A stretch of 64,000 nucleotides of DNA from an uncultured Verrucomicrobiae bacterium (GCA_963806855.1 CAWDYW010000003.1:448001-512000); one strand, 5' to 3'; numbered from the stretch's first letter, positions 39,797 to 50,909 are shown. Notes: generated by a model from the sequence alone, not told the origin. Numbers and translations are program-made.

Positions 39797-42700
39797 TTAG
39801 GTCTCTAGAATATCGGGGTCCATGGCGATTAGGGGCAGGATATCGACGATCGAGGGCGACCAGCCGATACCTCGCGAATAGACGAGTTTAGAGGCGATAT
39901 AGGTGGCTATAATCGCTTTCTTGTGGATGTCAGGGATCTGGGAGAGGATCCGATCTTGATAGCCCTTTCTGAGCAGGGGAGGGCAATAATTGAGTAAGCA
40001 TCTGATCAGAGGATGTTTTGGATCATTGGGGAGTAAAATCTTTTCCAAATAGTCCAAAAGGTGATATTTGTATGTATTGATCCTTTCCGACACCATCTCG
40101 GAAAGATCGGTTAAAAAGGCTCCCGTTTCGGCATGGGCGCTCAGCATCAGCTGTCCTTCATCCTTGGCTCTTGCGCGGATGATACCCAAAATTTCAGGCA
40201 TCAGCTCTTTCTTCTTCTCAATGAACTCCTGGTCACTCAGGATAAGCCCAGTCAAGACTTCAAACGAGGAGCAGATCACTCCACCCTTGTTCGCCGAACT
40301 ATCCTTGATGATGATGACCCCGAGTTTCTCTAGCGCCCGCCTTGCTTGCGGAGTCAAGTAGAGGTTGGCCCCTTCGACGATAGCGCGAGAGGTGGGTTTG
40401 CCCGTCTCATCCAAAAAGTCCTTGTAGTTGTTCTCATTCAAGGTCCTAGGTCTTCCGCCGCCGGGGATGAAGATATCGGTCTTGGTCTGATGGACATTGT
40501 TGCGGAAGAGGTGGTTCATCTCACTTCCGGAGAGCCAGTTTTTGATCACTTTCCCACTCTTTTTCTCATAGCAAAGAGTTTGCTGGGCATAGGCAGTCTG
40601 CTCCCTTTTCGTCCCCAAATCGAGCAAGAGACCGCCATCATGGAGCTTTGCCGGTGGGTAGAAACGGATCGGCTGCACATCATGGAACATCTGGGCTAAG
40701 GTCTTAAGATCGAGCCCTTCTGGATCGTAGATGGTCCCTGAGACGTCGGTGAGCGCCAGCAATTTGGCTGTCTTGGGGAAGAATTTATACAGGTTGAGGA
40801 TTTGATTTCCGGCCACATCTCCATCGGGACCGCCCGACATTTTGATCGTAAATTTGTCGGTCGTAGGATCGATGCCCATGAATTTGAGCACCTCTTCCAT
40901 GTAGACGTTGACCCCATAGGAGGTGACCCCAAATTCCTTGTGGTTGATGCCAGGGCCCGATTTGCTGGTGATGAAAGAGCTGCCGGGCTTGTAGTTGTAG
41001 TACTTGGCATAGGTCGCGATCCAGTCGATCATCTCATTGTGCATGTTCTCGTCTGGACCCAGATAAATGTACTCGGGCCGCTTGTAGTAGTCGACGATTT
41101 GCCCCGGGCGCAATTTCCCATCGGGATCGCAATTGAGTAGCGTGATGAAGGCCTCGACGTAGGAGCGCTGCGATTGGTAGAGGAATTCAAGCTTTTGCTC
41201 TTTCTGGTAGCCGGCCACCTTCTCGTCGATCTGCTCAGAAGCGAGACCTGTCTCCTCCAGCTCATCCTTATAGATCAGTTGCTCCGATTGGAGCCGTTCG
41301 AAAGGCTCGAGGAAAATCACCCCTTTGGCGCCCCCTTCGGGAATATCCTTATTCTTTTTCTGCTGGGTATAGGAGAGGTTATAGCACTCGGAGAAGACAT
41401 TGGTCCTCTCCCAAAGCATCTGCTCGATCCGCTGCGGAAATACCGTGCGGAGTCCGCCGCGTGCCAAATCTTTAAACCGGATATGGAATCCGATATAGAA
41501 CATCCCCTTAAAGAAGAAGATCGCGAAGGGCAGTTCAGGGAATTTTTCTTTCCGATCGTAGGGCAAATACTCAAGATATTTCGGATCTAACCTAAAGCTA
41601 AACGCCGTCTTGTTGCTCCGATAGAAGTTTGTCTTGAGCACATGCTCGACGAAGTTCATCCCCTGCCGGAGAATATTCTTGCGCCGGGTGTCGATCGTCG
41701 CATTGCCCGTATCCAAATCGGCGACCAGATCGAGAAATTCCTTCTTGATCTTCTCGTATTCCTTGAGATCGCATTTTTCCGGGCTGAACTTCCATTCAAA
41801 GGCCTGCGTCAGCTTGACCGTCAACTCGGGATGGCGGCAGAGCCCCTCCTCGATCTTGTTCAGACTGTACATGTTATCGTCGGCATGGGTCAGCGTCTGG
41901 TGGATGAAATTGGACATCGCCTTGATCAGATTGCCCATATTGCCCCGCACCAGTCCGGTGTCGACAAACTGCTTATCGAAAATCTCTTGCCCCTCGAAGT
42001 ACTTGAGGGTCACCATCTCCTGGAGGAAATCGTTCACATCGCACTCTTCCCAAGCAGCCTGCCCCTTGGCCCCGTGCAGCCCCACCGACATGATCAAAAT
42101 CGCATCGCGGCTATAGGGATCGATGTAGGTCGCGCTGACCCGCCGCATCGTCAGCCCGTGCCGATGGACCATCTTGGCAAAGTGGTACAAAAAGTGGTGT
42201 TTGGGGACATTGCGCCAGGCAAAGACCACCTGCATCGAAGGCTGATCCTTCACCTCTTTCCAATCTTCATTGTACTTGACCGCGTACTGGCAGTTATCCC
42301 GCTTCTTCGCCCTGAAAAACATGTCGAGCGCAGTGATCAGCCGATCCTTCGTCAGCGCCCGCAAAAATCTTGGACTCATCCCCTGGATCAGCTTCTTAAA
42401 CTCACCTTCAGTGACCGCCGGGTTGCGGGCCATGACCAGTTCCTTGATCTCCTGCTTCGTCTTCGGATCCAAAATCGCTTCTTCGAGTTCCGGTGCCGTC
42501 GTGAAGTGGATCACCGCAACGCGCAAATTGGTCTTCACCCCGGCAAAGGGGGGAGGGCTATTGGAAATGAATGTCCTGTAATTCTTGATTCCGTGGTTCT
42601 GATAATTTCTCAAAATCCGCAGATCGGCATCCCCGCTATCCAAACAAAGGGCAATGGCGGAATCTTTTAAATGGATCCTAGCGAAGAATTCCTGGAGGTC

Positions 42701-42886
42701 GAGCCCCATTAAACTATGGACAATCAGCAGGATATCTTCTTTGGAGACCTCGTCGAAGAAGCTCGGCGGCATATGCTGCTCAAGCCACAGGTAGCACTCT
42801 TCACATTTCTTACTCTCTTGGAGGACCGCTGCTGCCAAGTGCTCTCTCAGCTGCTCGCCGCTCGTCTCTTTCTTCTTCTTCGCCAT
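39797..42886 (-). CDS. Large NAD-specific glutamate dehydrogenase
   Basis: ARGGLR, KNKDIPEGGAKG, GPDE, GGPDGDVAGN, EGANL and ANKGGVICSS motifs. Confidence 0.9.
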   Translation of the reverse strand: MAKKKKETSGEQLREHLAAAVLQESKKCEECYLWLEQHMPPSFFDEVSKEDILLIVHSLMGLDLQEFFARIHLKDSAIALCLDSGDADLRILRNYQNHGIKNYRTFISNSPPPFAGVKTNLRVAVIHFTTAPELEEAILDPKTKQEIKELVMARNPAVTEGEFKKLIQGMSPRFLRALTKDRLITALDMFFRAKKRDNCQYAVKYNEDWKEVKDQPSMQVVFAWRNVPKHHFLYHFAKMVHRHGLTMRRVSATYIDPYSRDAILIMSVGLHGAKGQAAWEECDVNDFLQEMVTLKYFEGQEIFDKQFVDTGLVRGNMGNLIKAMSNFIHQTLTHADDNMYSLNKIEEGLCRHPELTVKLTQAFEWKFSPEKCDLKEYEKIKKEFLDLVADLDTGNATIDTRRKNILRQGMNFVEHVLKTNFYRSNKTAFSFRLDPKYLEYLPYDRKEKFPELPFAIFFFKGMFYIGFHIRFKDLARGGLRTVFPQRIEQMLWERTNVFSECYNLSYTQQKKNKDIPEGGAKGVIFLEPFERLQSEQLIYKDELEETGLASEQIDEKVAGYQKEQKLEFLYQSQRSYVEAFITLLNCDPDGKLRPGQIVDYYKRPEYIYLGPDENMHNEMIDWIATYAKYYNYKPGSSFITSKSGPGINHKEFGVTSYGVNVYMEEVLKFMGIDPTTDKFTIKMSGGPDGDVAGNQILNLYKFFPKTAKLLALTDVSGTIYDPEGLDLKTLAQMFHDVQPIRFYPPAKLHDGGLLLDLGTKREQTAYAQQTLCYEKKSGKVIKNWLSGSEMNHLFRNNVHQTKTDIFIPGGGRPRTLNENNYKDFLDETGKPTSRAIVEGANLYLTPQARRALEKLGVIIIKDSSANKGGVICSSFEVLTGLILSDQEFIEKKKELMPEILGIIRARAKDEGQLMLSAHAETGAFLTDLSEMVSERINTYKYHLLDYLEKILLPNDPKHPLIRCLLNYCPPLLRKGYQDRILSQIPDIHKKAIIATYIASKLVYSRGIGWSPSIVDILPLIAMDPDILET

Positions 42887-42935
42887 AGCTTTATCTTCAC
42901 GAAGTCAACAAATTATTTCAATAAAAACCCAAAGG

Positions 42936-44717
42936 TTAGAAGAGCTTATCGGCTATAAAACACATGGAAGCATTGGTCCAATTTGACTCAGAGATGTTTG
43001 CTGCTGCCACCCCACTGACTGCGTCTATAATAGACATGCCAATTGCTGCCAATGGTCCTAACACGCCAATCACACCAATTGCCATTATTCCCTTTTTATT
43101 CAAGCGTAATATCGCCCTGCGGCCAAAAGAAAGTGGGTTGTTAGAATACCGATGGCCGTTTTTCGGAAGAAAAGGCGCTCTAGTCAGTCGATTAGAAGAA
43201 CAGTCTAAAAACTCTATTTGGGTTAACTTGTCTATTTCAGAGGGCAATGAGCTGAGATAATTGTGGGAAATATCGAATTGCCGCAGATTAGACAGCTTGC
43301 CAATTTCTGATGGCAAAGAAGTGAGGCAGTTCCAGCTGAGGTCAAGATAGCTCAGTGGAAGGCCAATGATCTCAAGCGGTAAGTCAGTGAAGAGATTTTT
43401 TGAGAGATGAAAGTTGCTCAATGATTGCAGTTGATTCATCTCAGGGGGCAGAGAATGGAGATAATTCCCAGAAAGGTTAAGGGAATGCAAGTTTCTGAGT
43501 GATCCTATTTCCGATGATACAGCCTTGAGGTGATTGTCGCTAAGGACAAGGCCTACTAAATTTACGAGTCCGCCAATTTCAGGAAATGATTCAATTTGAT
43601 TACCGGCGAGCTCAAGAAACTCCAATTGTGAAAGCTCATTGATTTGAGCAGGTAAACAGCTAAGTTGATTATTGCTGACCCCTAGCTTTTGCAATTGCTT
43701 AAGTTGTACGATCTCGATAGGGAGTGTAGTGAATTCATTGTGGCGAAGATCAAGTTCTCTCAGGTTTGTGAGCTGACCGATTTCAGATGGCAATACTCTT
43801 AATAAATTATTAGAAAGATCCAGAGATGTCAAATTGGTGAGCTGACCAATCTCTTTGGGGATCGAAGTTAGAGAAAATGTTACAAACGCTCCGCATAAAG
43901 ATAACTCCGTCAATGCATCAAGGATCTGTCTATTCTGATTAAACCATCCAGTAAATTGATCTGCTCGATTGATCAAATCCTCTAGAGTATGGATGTCATT
44001 AAGCTCCGGGCCTTCCAGATGAGACTGTTTTGCTAATGCACTCCAAAATTTAATTGTATCTCGAGCTTTGAGAAGAGTTTGGTTCTTTTCCCTCCATTCC
44101 CGCAGCTCACCCGCCTTTTCGATTTGCCAAGATGAGGTTACGGATGAAGGATCATCCATGTTAGGCAATTCGATTTGTAAATTGGGAGTCTCGGAATTTA
44201 GATGGTTGATAAGAGTGCGCATGTTATAGAAACTACTTATTTCTTTTCGCCATTTTTGAGCATGGTTAATCTGATCAATTGTCGGTGCTTTTAAGCGTTC
44301 TAGAATGTCCGCTGGCACATCCCATGCCCACATCGGCTTTATATCTGATCGTAGAATGTCGATAAATTGGAGCACCTGCTTATAGATCGGAAGCGGAGAG
44401 GTTTCGTTAATTGGGCAATTGATCCGATTGGCAATAGATTTCCAGACTTGAAAATCCGCTACTTCTTCGTTGGGCCCGGGCGCCGTCGCCGCAAAGTTAG
44501 CCAACTGGGGAAGATCGAAAAAAGAGAGGCAATGAAGGCGAAGCTCCGCGGGTAGCTTCTCGAATTCCAGTGGGGCCGGCTGATCAACAGGAGTTGAGCC
44601 AAACCATTTGGCATAAATTTGTGTGACGAGCCAAGTCAGGCTCTGTCCAATGGAAGAGGGAGGAATGGGCCTTCCTTGGATGGGCTCGAATGCATGAGGG
44701 TCGACTCTTAATGACAT
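42936..44717 (-). CDS. F-box plus leucine-rich-repeat protein with C-terminal hydrophobic segment
   Basis: FEKLPAELRLHCLSFFD F-box; LxxLxLxxNxLxxLPxEIG repeats. Confidence 0.85.
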   Translation of the reverse strand: MSLRVDPHAFEPIQGRPIPPSSIGQSLTWLVTQIYAKWFGSTPVDQPAPLEFEKLPAELRLHCLSFFDLPQLANFAATAPGPNEEVADFQVWKSIANRINCPINETSPLPIYKQVLQFIDILRSDIKPMWAWDVPADILERLKAPTIDQINHAQKWRKEISSFYNMRTLINHLNSETPNLQIELPNMDDPSSVTSSWQIEKAGELREWREKNQTLLKARDTIKFWSALAKQSHLEGPELNDIHTLEDLINRADQFTGWFNQNRQILDALTELSLCGAFVTFSLTSIPKEIGQLTNLTSLDLSNNLLRVLPSEIGQLTNLRELDLRHNEFTTLPIEIVQLKQLQKLGVSNNQLSCLPAQINELSQLEFLELAGNQIESFPEIGGLVNLVGLVLSDNHLKAVSSEIGSLRNLHSLNLSGNYLHSLPPEMNQLQSLSNFHLSKNLFTDLPLEIIGLPLSYLDLSWNCLTSLPSEIGKLSNLRQFDISHNYLSSLPSEIDKLTQIEFLDCSSNRLTRAPFLPKNGHRYSNNPLSFGRRAILRLNKKGIMAIGVIGVLGPLAAIGMSIIDAVSGVAAANISESNWTNASMCFIADKLF

Positions 44718-44885
44718 TATAATTTCCTTGGATAATTTAATGATAAGTATAATTAAAATCTTATTAAATGTAAAGTAAATTAATCAATATGCATTTATGA
44801 TGTAAGTCATTGAATATCAAAAAAGTGTCCAGCCTGCTTTGCAAAATTGATTGATTTTTCCAAATGATTTTTTCATAATTACGTT

Positions 44886-46079
44886 ATGAAATTGTTTAAA
44901 AGGATAACACGGATAATCTGTTTTGCAACATCGTCCGTTCTTTTAGCTGAAGGGGAGACCACCTATCCGCCGCAGGATTATCATCTTCAATGTGACTGGG
45001 GATTATTCCTCACAGTCGATTTCTTATACTGGTATGCGAATGAAAGTAACTTAGTATGGGGCTCAAAAACGAAAGTCAAAAATTTTGGAGGGTTAAAAGG
45101 AGTTGCAGCTCCAATCAGACATTTTCATTTCGATACGGAGTGGAGCCCGGGCGTTCGGTTTGGAATCGGCAAGAATATCGGCTGTGATGATTGGGACCTT
45201 TTTCTAAATTGGCTATATATCCACAATTCAGCGACAGACTCCGCTCACTTTCCTTGGGGGGAAAATCCAATCCCGGATATCGGGCAAGACGCTATCTATA
45301 ATCCCTGGGCATATGGTTCATGGTTTAACGAATCTTTTTGGCAAAATGGCACATCTAGTTGGGCACTCAATTTTGATCTGATGGATTTTGAACTCGGGCG
45401 AAAATTATGGTTAAGCCCCTGCTTTACCTTGAGACCCTTTGCGGGCCTTAGAGGGACATGGTTACATACTCGATATCGAATCAAAACGAATTCAGCTATG
45501 CCAGGGTTCACACAATTTAACCCTGCCCTCATCACGACAGCTCAATTTATCCCCTTTTTTCAAGAGAATGCAAATTTCATAAGAAACAATTATTGGGGGA
45601 TAGGGCTGCTTGGAGGTTTGCAACCCACTTGGGCAATCTGCAACAATTTGTTTATTTTTGGTAGTTGGGGTGGGTCGCTTGTTTGGGGGAGATTTTTTGG
45701 ATCTAACCTTGTCAGAGCGCGATTTCAGGGAGTATTGATTTCCCCTGGAGATGGAGAAATCCCCAGAGAATTTTCCCTTAAAAATCATGAAAAAGAGGGA
45801 TTCCACAGAATTCAAGCGATGTTAGATCTAGCCCTGGGTCTTCATTGGGAAGCTAGTTGGTTTTGTCAGCGCCTTAGCACATCATTAGATGTTAGTTGGG
45901 AGTACCATTATTGGCCGAACTTCGGACTGCGGCATCAAACGACCGGCTCATTTACCGATGATACGCTCTCTGTGCTAAACATTCATGACCACTCCAATAC
46001 CTACTTTCAAACAGATAGCCAACTGGTTACCGATCTAACACTCGGCGGTTTAGTGATCCGCGGGAGAATCGACTTCTAG
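44886..46079 (+). CDS. Lpg1974/MOMP-like outer-membrane beta-barrel protein
   Basis: DFLYW, W.PG.RFG.G, D.ELGR and LRPF.GL motifs; terminal Phe. Confidence 0.8.
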   Translation: MKLFKRITRIICFATSSVLLAEGETTYPPQDYHLQCDWGLFLTVDFLYWYANESNLVWGSKTKVKNFGGLKGVAAPIRHFHFDTEWSPGVRFGIGKNIGCDDWDLFLNWLYIHNSATDSAHFPWGENPIPDIGQDAIYNPWAYGSWFNESFWQNGTSSWALNFDLMDFELGRKLWLSPCFTLRPFAGLRGTWLHTRYRIKTNSAMPGFTQFNPALITTAQFIPFFQENANFIRNNYWGIGLLGGLQPTWAICNNLFIFGSWGGSLVWGRFFGSNLVRARFQGVLISPGDGEIPREFSLKNHEKEGFHRIQAMLDLALGLHWEASWFCQRLSTSLDVSWEYHYWPNFGLRHQTTGSFTDDTLSVLNIHDHSNTYFQTDSQLVTDLTLGGLVIRGRIDF

Positions 46080-47849
46080 TTAGGCGTGTATTTCCACCCA
46101 ATTTTTTAGAGTCTCGCTCGCTGCATTAAGACGAACGGCGGCCTCTTTGACCTCTTCACTCGAACCGGCTTTATCAGGATGCACTTCTGTCCGCATCAGT
46201 TGTCGAAAAGCTCCTTTGTATAAGGATGCTCCTTCTTTTTTGAGAGCCTCCATTGTAAAGCTTGGGGAGATCATCATTAAAGCATGCTCTGGACACTGAG
46301 GATTTAGCTCTGGTTTACGTAGGCGATCGAGTGTGCTTAGGCCGGCTAATGTTGAGGGATGAATATCTTCGCATTGACTGACATCTATCGGATCATCGCC
46401 AATTTTGTATCTGTCTTTCATAAAACGTAAATATTCTTGATAGGCCTCATGATATGCATCTTCGTCGTTACGGGTAGCCCACATTTTGAATAAATAGGAG
46501 CCGATTAAGCAAAACTCGTAACCCGCTTTGCAATGTTGATATAACGAGTGGAATGAATTGGCCGTATTCACACTGTAAACGACGACATTTCGTGCCACAG
46601 CCCCATTACGATAGCCCACGTTGCTCCAACATTTTTTTAATCCGTCAAGTGCCGAGCGGGCAACATGATAGGTCCGCCATGCTTGAAATCCGACATTCAA
46701 CGGCGGGATCACTGCGAGACCAAGAAAACCAAGCCATGCGACAGTTTTTTTCCATGATTTATCTAAGTTTGTGACCAAAAGACCAAATTCACTAGAGGAT
46801 ACAACAACCGCCGATCCTAAAACTAAATAACGGGCTGATTCCGAAGACACCCACCCACCAGCTACTGCCATTGTCGAGAGCCAGAAGAGTGTAGTCGATG
46901 CAAATAACAGGCTCTGTGCTGGGGAAAGCGATAGGGGGTCCCTTTGATAGGCGCTTGTTCCAAACAAGGCTAATGGTGACATCCCCTGGTTATCAAGTAA
47001 TGTAGGGTTGGCTCCGGCTTTAATTAGCGTTTCAGCAAATCGGAGATTTTCTTTTGCAGCAGCATAATGAAGAGGAGTTGCGCCTTTAGAGTTTGCCGAA
47101 TTTAGATTAAGCTTAAGATCGATGAGTCGTTGTAAAATTTCTGGTGATCCGCTCAGAGCTGCAAAATGGAGAAGAGATTCGCCTTCACGGCTGAGTAGTT
47201 TAACATCTGCGCCTAATTCAATGAGTTTGTTAACAGCAGCAAGTTGTTTCCCTAGAATTGCATAATGCATCGGAGCTAGTCCTTTTGCATCGAGAGCGTC
47301 AATTTTGTCCTTGGAAAGCTTTTCTAGATCGCCTTGATAGGCTGCTTTGCTGGCAGGACTTAAACTTTTTACATCCACTGTTGAGATGTTTTGAAGCTTG
47401 CTTTGCAATTGGTTCACATGAATTGCCGAACCTTTACATTTGATTTGCTCTTGGACTTCTTTCAGGTCCGTTCCTATCTTTTTGCCTATGATGGTGGCCA
47501 GGATGTTTTCACTTCCCATCAAAACTGCATGATCGATCGCGCTTAAGTTCTGAAAATCTTTAATTTCTGGATCTGCTCCATGAGCAAGGAGTGCACCCAC
47601 GATTTCTGGTTGGTTCGTACGGATGGCAAAATGAAGAGGCATTTCTCCATTTGGAAGAGGCTTATTTACGTCAATTGCTGGAGTGAGGTATTTTGTCGCA
47701 AAATCGGTAGCTCCGAATTTAATCGCATCTTGAATATCTGAACCGCAAGGTTGTGATGGTGGGGGAAGAGTCGATGTTTGGACTGGCTTGGGGTCTGATG
47801 CGAACCAATCGCAAAGATTAAATGGGTTAGATGAAACAGTATTGGGCAT
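46080..47849 (-). CDS. Ankyrin-repeat plus TM plus C-terminal J-domain protein
   Basis: PLHFA, PMHYA, LLHFAA and TPLHYAA repeats; three hydrophobic helices; AFRQL...HPDK...AVRLNAA. Confidence 0.75.
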   Translation of the reverse strand: MPNTVSSNPFNLCDWFASDPKPVQTSTLPPPSQPCGSDIQDAIKFGATDFATKYLTPAIDVNKPLPNGEMPLHFAIRTNQPEIVGALLAHGADPEIKDFQNLSAIDHAVLMGSENILATIIGKKIGTDLKEVQEQIKCKGSAIHVNQLQSKLQNISTVDVKSLSPASKAAYQGDLEKLSKDKIDALDAKGLAPMHYAILGKQLAAVNKLIELGADVKLLSREGESLLHFAALSGSPEILQRLIDLKLNLNSANSKGATPLHYAAAKENLRFAETLIKAGANPTLLDNQGMSPLALFGTSAYQRDPLSLSPAQSLLFASTTLFWLSTMAVAGGWVSSESARYLVLGSAVVVSSSEFGLLVTNLDKSWKKTVAWLGFLGLAVIPPLNVGFQAWRTYHVARSALDGLKKCWSNVGYRNGAVARNVVVYSVNTANSFHSLYQHCKAGYEFCLIGSYLFKMWATRNDEDAYHEAYQEYLRFMKDRYKIGDDPIDVSQCEDIHPSTLAGLSTLDRLRKPELNPQCPEHALMMISPSFTMEALKKEGASLYKGAFRQLMRTEVHPDKAGSSEEVKEAAVRLNAASETLKNWVEIHA

Positions 47850-48444
47850 ATTGATCTCCTTTTAAGTTTATTTGGGAATATTATACCAGAAAAACCATTA
47901 AGGATATATAAAGAATTGATGGAAAAATAATTTTACTTATCCGAGTAATCGTGAGAGACAATCACTGAATTAAGCCTTTTCAACTGCAATGTAGGCTTGG
48001 TTGGGGGAATTTTCCTGTTCGGGGTAAAGGTATCTTAACTTTCCTTCATGGATTAAAGGGGTAAGGTGATTCCTCACTAAATTTTTTTTGTCTTTTTTTC
48101 TTAGTAATTCTGCAAGTTCTTGAGCGGAAAGAGGTTGCCAGCAACAAAGTTCATAGATTGTAGATCTAAGTTCTTCATTTTTAGGATGTTTAGGCAGTTC
48201 GTGCAATTTTAATTGTAATTTCTTGGGTAAATCTTTTCTCCTTATTTTTCTATTGAACTGGTGTGTTTCCTCTCCTAATAACTGGTGTGTCAAATCGACA
48301 TTGAACTGGTGTGTATCTTCTTTAAATCGATCGATTTTTTCATCTGTAGGTGTGGCCTTTCGTGTTGCCGCTGGGTGGATAGGGATAGTTGTCAGGAAGT
48401 AGCTATAGTTTTCATCCTGTTTGACAGCGCGGAAACCCAGTCCT

Positions 48445-49758
48445 TTAGGACTGGGAGGAAGCGCTCCTCCTTGTTGTAAATTTTTTTGAAATAGACGGAT
48501 AGTGATATCCATCAGAGCGTTGAATAAGGCGGCAATCTTTCCAGTTGATACCTTGGATAACTCCCTCTTCAGTCTGTATATTAAAGCTGCCAGAGGCACG
48601 AACAGCTACCCGTCCTGTGTATTGACCTACTTTTTTACCCTTTAAGACTTTCGCTATTACCCGATCACCTGTTTGGAATCCACGCGCTCGTTTCTGTCTT
48701 GTCAAAATCCCTCGACGGGATCCAAAACGATCTAACCGAGTTCTTTGATAAGACCCTCTTCCAGTGCAATGAATCTGTTGAATTGGCTTTTGCCAGTTGT
48801 GCAGCTCTGAAAATGTTCCGGTGCACGCTGCGTCCAGTGCATGTGTTTTTGGAATATGTAAACGAATCCGGTTATATTTGGTTTGCCCTCCGGTTCCTGC
48901 CTCAAATGCTATAGGCAACTCTTTCAAACAGCGCGTCAGTGCATTGCGCGTACTGTTCACTGCGGCAGCATCATGAAATCTGGCTGCTTTAGAAATTGTT
49001 AGAGCTTGTTCAGGAGCAAATTGCTCAAGTGATGAGTTTCCTTTTTTTAAATTGCAGCTGCCACATGCAAGAGTCAGGTTATCGATCTTATTGGATCCTC
49101 CGCGGCTGCGAGGTTCAATATGGTCGATTTGCAGGGGAACTTCTTTCGCGTTGCAATAGACACATTTTCGACCCCATTTTTCAAGAAGGTATTCCCGAAT
49201 CTCATAACCAAAAAGGGTTCCTTGTTGGTATTCAACTCCGCCTATTTCAGGATTCGTGAGTTTCTGTACATCAAAACGGACAGTTTCACAGGTGATAGCG
49301 GTGAGGGGAATGTAGCGCATTAAACGCTTTGTCCAGTTCACGACCGCATCGACTCGATGCTGCAATGAGGGTGCAATCCATCCCGCTTTTCGACACCTGT
49401 TAGCAAAGCGAGGAGCTCGATACCGTAATTTAGATCTCCGTTGTTTTCGCATACCTGAGCGTGCTATTAGCCTTTCACTAATTGTGCGTCCACGATGACG
49501 AATTTCCATGAGAGAGAGAACTGTTTGCTTCTCTCCATTTTCTAAAACGATAGCAACTCCTGTATTTATACTTCCCGGGTCAATTTTAATACGCGCTGGT
49601 TGCAAAACTGAAGTCTGCACTGTACGGTCGACTAAACGAATGACGAAGGGATACATAGAATGTATCCGTGCCCTTTTTTTAGTTAGCAGGCGCTTTGCTC
49701 TTCTTTCAGAGCAAGGCATTAACGGTGTATGATTTTTATCTAATACTAAAACAGCCAA
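48445..49758 (-). CDS. iscB: IscB RNA-guided endonuclease
   Basis: PLMP, IDPGS (RuvC-I), Arg-rich helix, ETVRFD, HNH (CVYC..DHIEPRSRGGS..N...C..CN) and HALDA; RBS GGAG before TTG. Confidence 0.93.
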   Translation of the reverse strand: MAVLVLDKNHTPLMPCSERRAKRLLTKKRARIHSMYPFVIRLVDRTVQTSVLQPARIKIDPGSINTGVAIVLENGEKQTVLSLMEIRHRGRTISERLIARSGMRKQRRSKLRYRAPRFANRCRKAGWIAPSLQHRVDAVVNWTKRLMRYIPLTAITCETVRFDVQKLTNPEIGGVEYQQGTLFGYEIREYLLEKWGRKCVYCNAKEVPLQIDHIEPRSRGGSNKIDNLTLACGSCNLKKGNSSLEQFAPEQALTISKAARFHDAAAVNSTRNALTRCLKELPIAFEAGTGGQTKYNRIRLHIPKTHALDAACTGTFSELHNWQKPIQQIHCTGRGSYQRTRLDRFGSRRGILTRQKRARGFQTGDRVIAKVLKGKKVGQYTGRVAVRASGSFNIQTEEGVIQGINWKDCRLIQRSDGYHYPSISKKFTTRRSASSQS

Positions 49759-49774
49759 TGACTGTCTCTCCTTA

Positions 49775-50060
49775 AAAACACTAAAAAATTGCCATTACTG
49801 GCCTTGTAACGCCCCATCTACTTACGCTTCTGGGGTCTCCCCTCGGGAATGTTGTAACACAGGCATCACGTAGCAATCCGTTTCGTCCTTACCCTATCGG
49901 TTGTCTGCAACCGCTACTTCCAGAGTCCGGAGCTGAGGAAGCACTCCGGAGTGGGTCTTTAACCTTGTTACAACGTAGCGGGTTGGTTACCGCTTTCCCT
50001 GTTCAACTTAGGCTTGTTAGTCTCCCTCCAAGCCTCTCCCTTCAGGGAGGGGTAGTTGAC
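49775..50060 (-). ncRNA. IscB omegaRNA
   Basis: About 290-nt non-coding leader with CTACGTTG, TGCTTCCTCAGCTCCG..CTCTG and ACATTCCCGAGGGGAGA segments typical of omegaRNAs. Confidence 0.75.
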
Positions 50061-50909
50061 TGTGGAAATCAACAATATCAATTTGGGCGTAGGGGAAAAA
50101 TTTTTCAGGATTAGGATGGAACATCATCAACCCGATATTGAGCGGCTTTAGATATTCATCTGGGCCTTGAGCGATTTGCATTTGTCGGCAGAGATGGGGT
50201 AGGGGAATTTTATCGACAGCTTGGAGAAGATCGCTCTTTATTTTTCTGAGGAAATCTTTGATGAGACCGATGTTCAGGTCTTTGAGTTCAGCTTGATGGC
50301 AAATCCGATCGTCGAAAGGAACTTGGTTGGAGAGTTCGAGCAGTTTGGGAATGTCTTGTGTCAATGCCTTTACAGTTGTCGAATTGCGCCGAAAATAATA
50401 GGCATAAGGTGCGCCTTTTCCCAATGTTTCAGGCGCTTGATAGGGCCTTGCTTGTCCTCCTGGACACCAGATGACGAGGATCATTCTCCCTTGAAAATTC
50501 ACTGGAGCCACAATAGGGTGATACTGAGGTCGAAGTTTGTGGCCAAATTCGACAAGCTCTTTTTGGATTTTGTCGATCTGATTTAGTGCTATTCCTACTG
50601 GTGGAAAAACTGGCTGTTCCTTTTCCTCTACACCGATAATGAGATAGCCTCCGCCCCAATTGTTTATATCATTGGCAAAGGCACAGATTGTACGAATGAC
50701 CTCTTCTGGATTCCACCCTTTCTTAAACTCAAGTCGTTCCCATTCGACGACTTGTCCTGTGAGCAGTTCTTCAATGTTGATAGGAAGTGCGGGCATGCTA
50801 AAAAGTTGGTTTTCTCTGTTTTGGCAACAGATTTTTTCATTAAAATAAGCTAAGAGCCTATTTTTTACAAGCGCAATAGTCGCAAGCTTATTGTGCCCGC
50901 GCAAGGACT

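Larger units (their letters stand above)
48416..50060 (-). mobile_element. Non-autonomous IS200/605-type IscB element
   Basis: Begins GTCAACTACCCCTCCCTGAAGGGAG; ends with hairpin CCCAGTCCTAAAGGACTGGG-TTTCCGCGC, then ATGA. Confidence 0.85.
47970..50796 (-). pseudogene. AlbA_2/HATPase_c_4-family gene interrupted by an IscB element (fragments 50061-50796 and 47970-48415)
   Basis: N-part VEWERLEFK..AFAND..GGGY; C-part SYFLTTIPIHP and wHTH LTPLI..G.L...SPNQAY. Confidence 0.8.

Noticed and set aside
41642..42670. 342-aa + strand ORF and similar antisense ORFs over gdh, dnaK and cadA
   Set aside because: Shadows caused by codon bias of the true minus-strand genes
48416..48599. N-terminal part of ORF 47970-48599
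   Set aside because: It is an alternative frame of iscB and the element end, not host coding sequence
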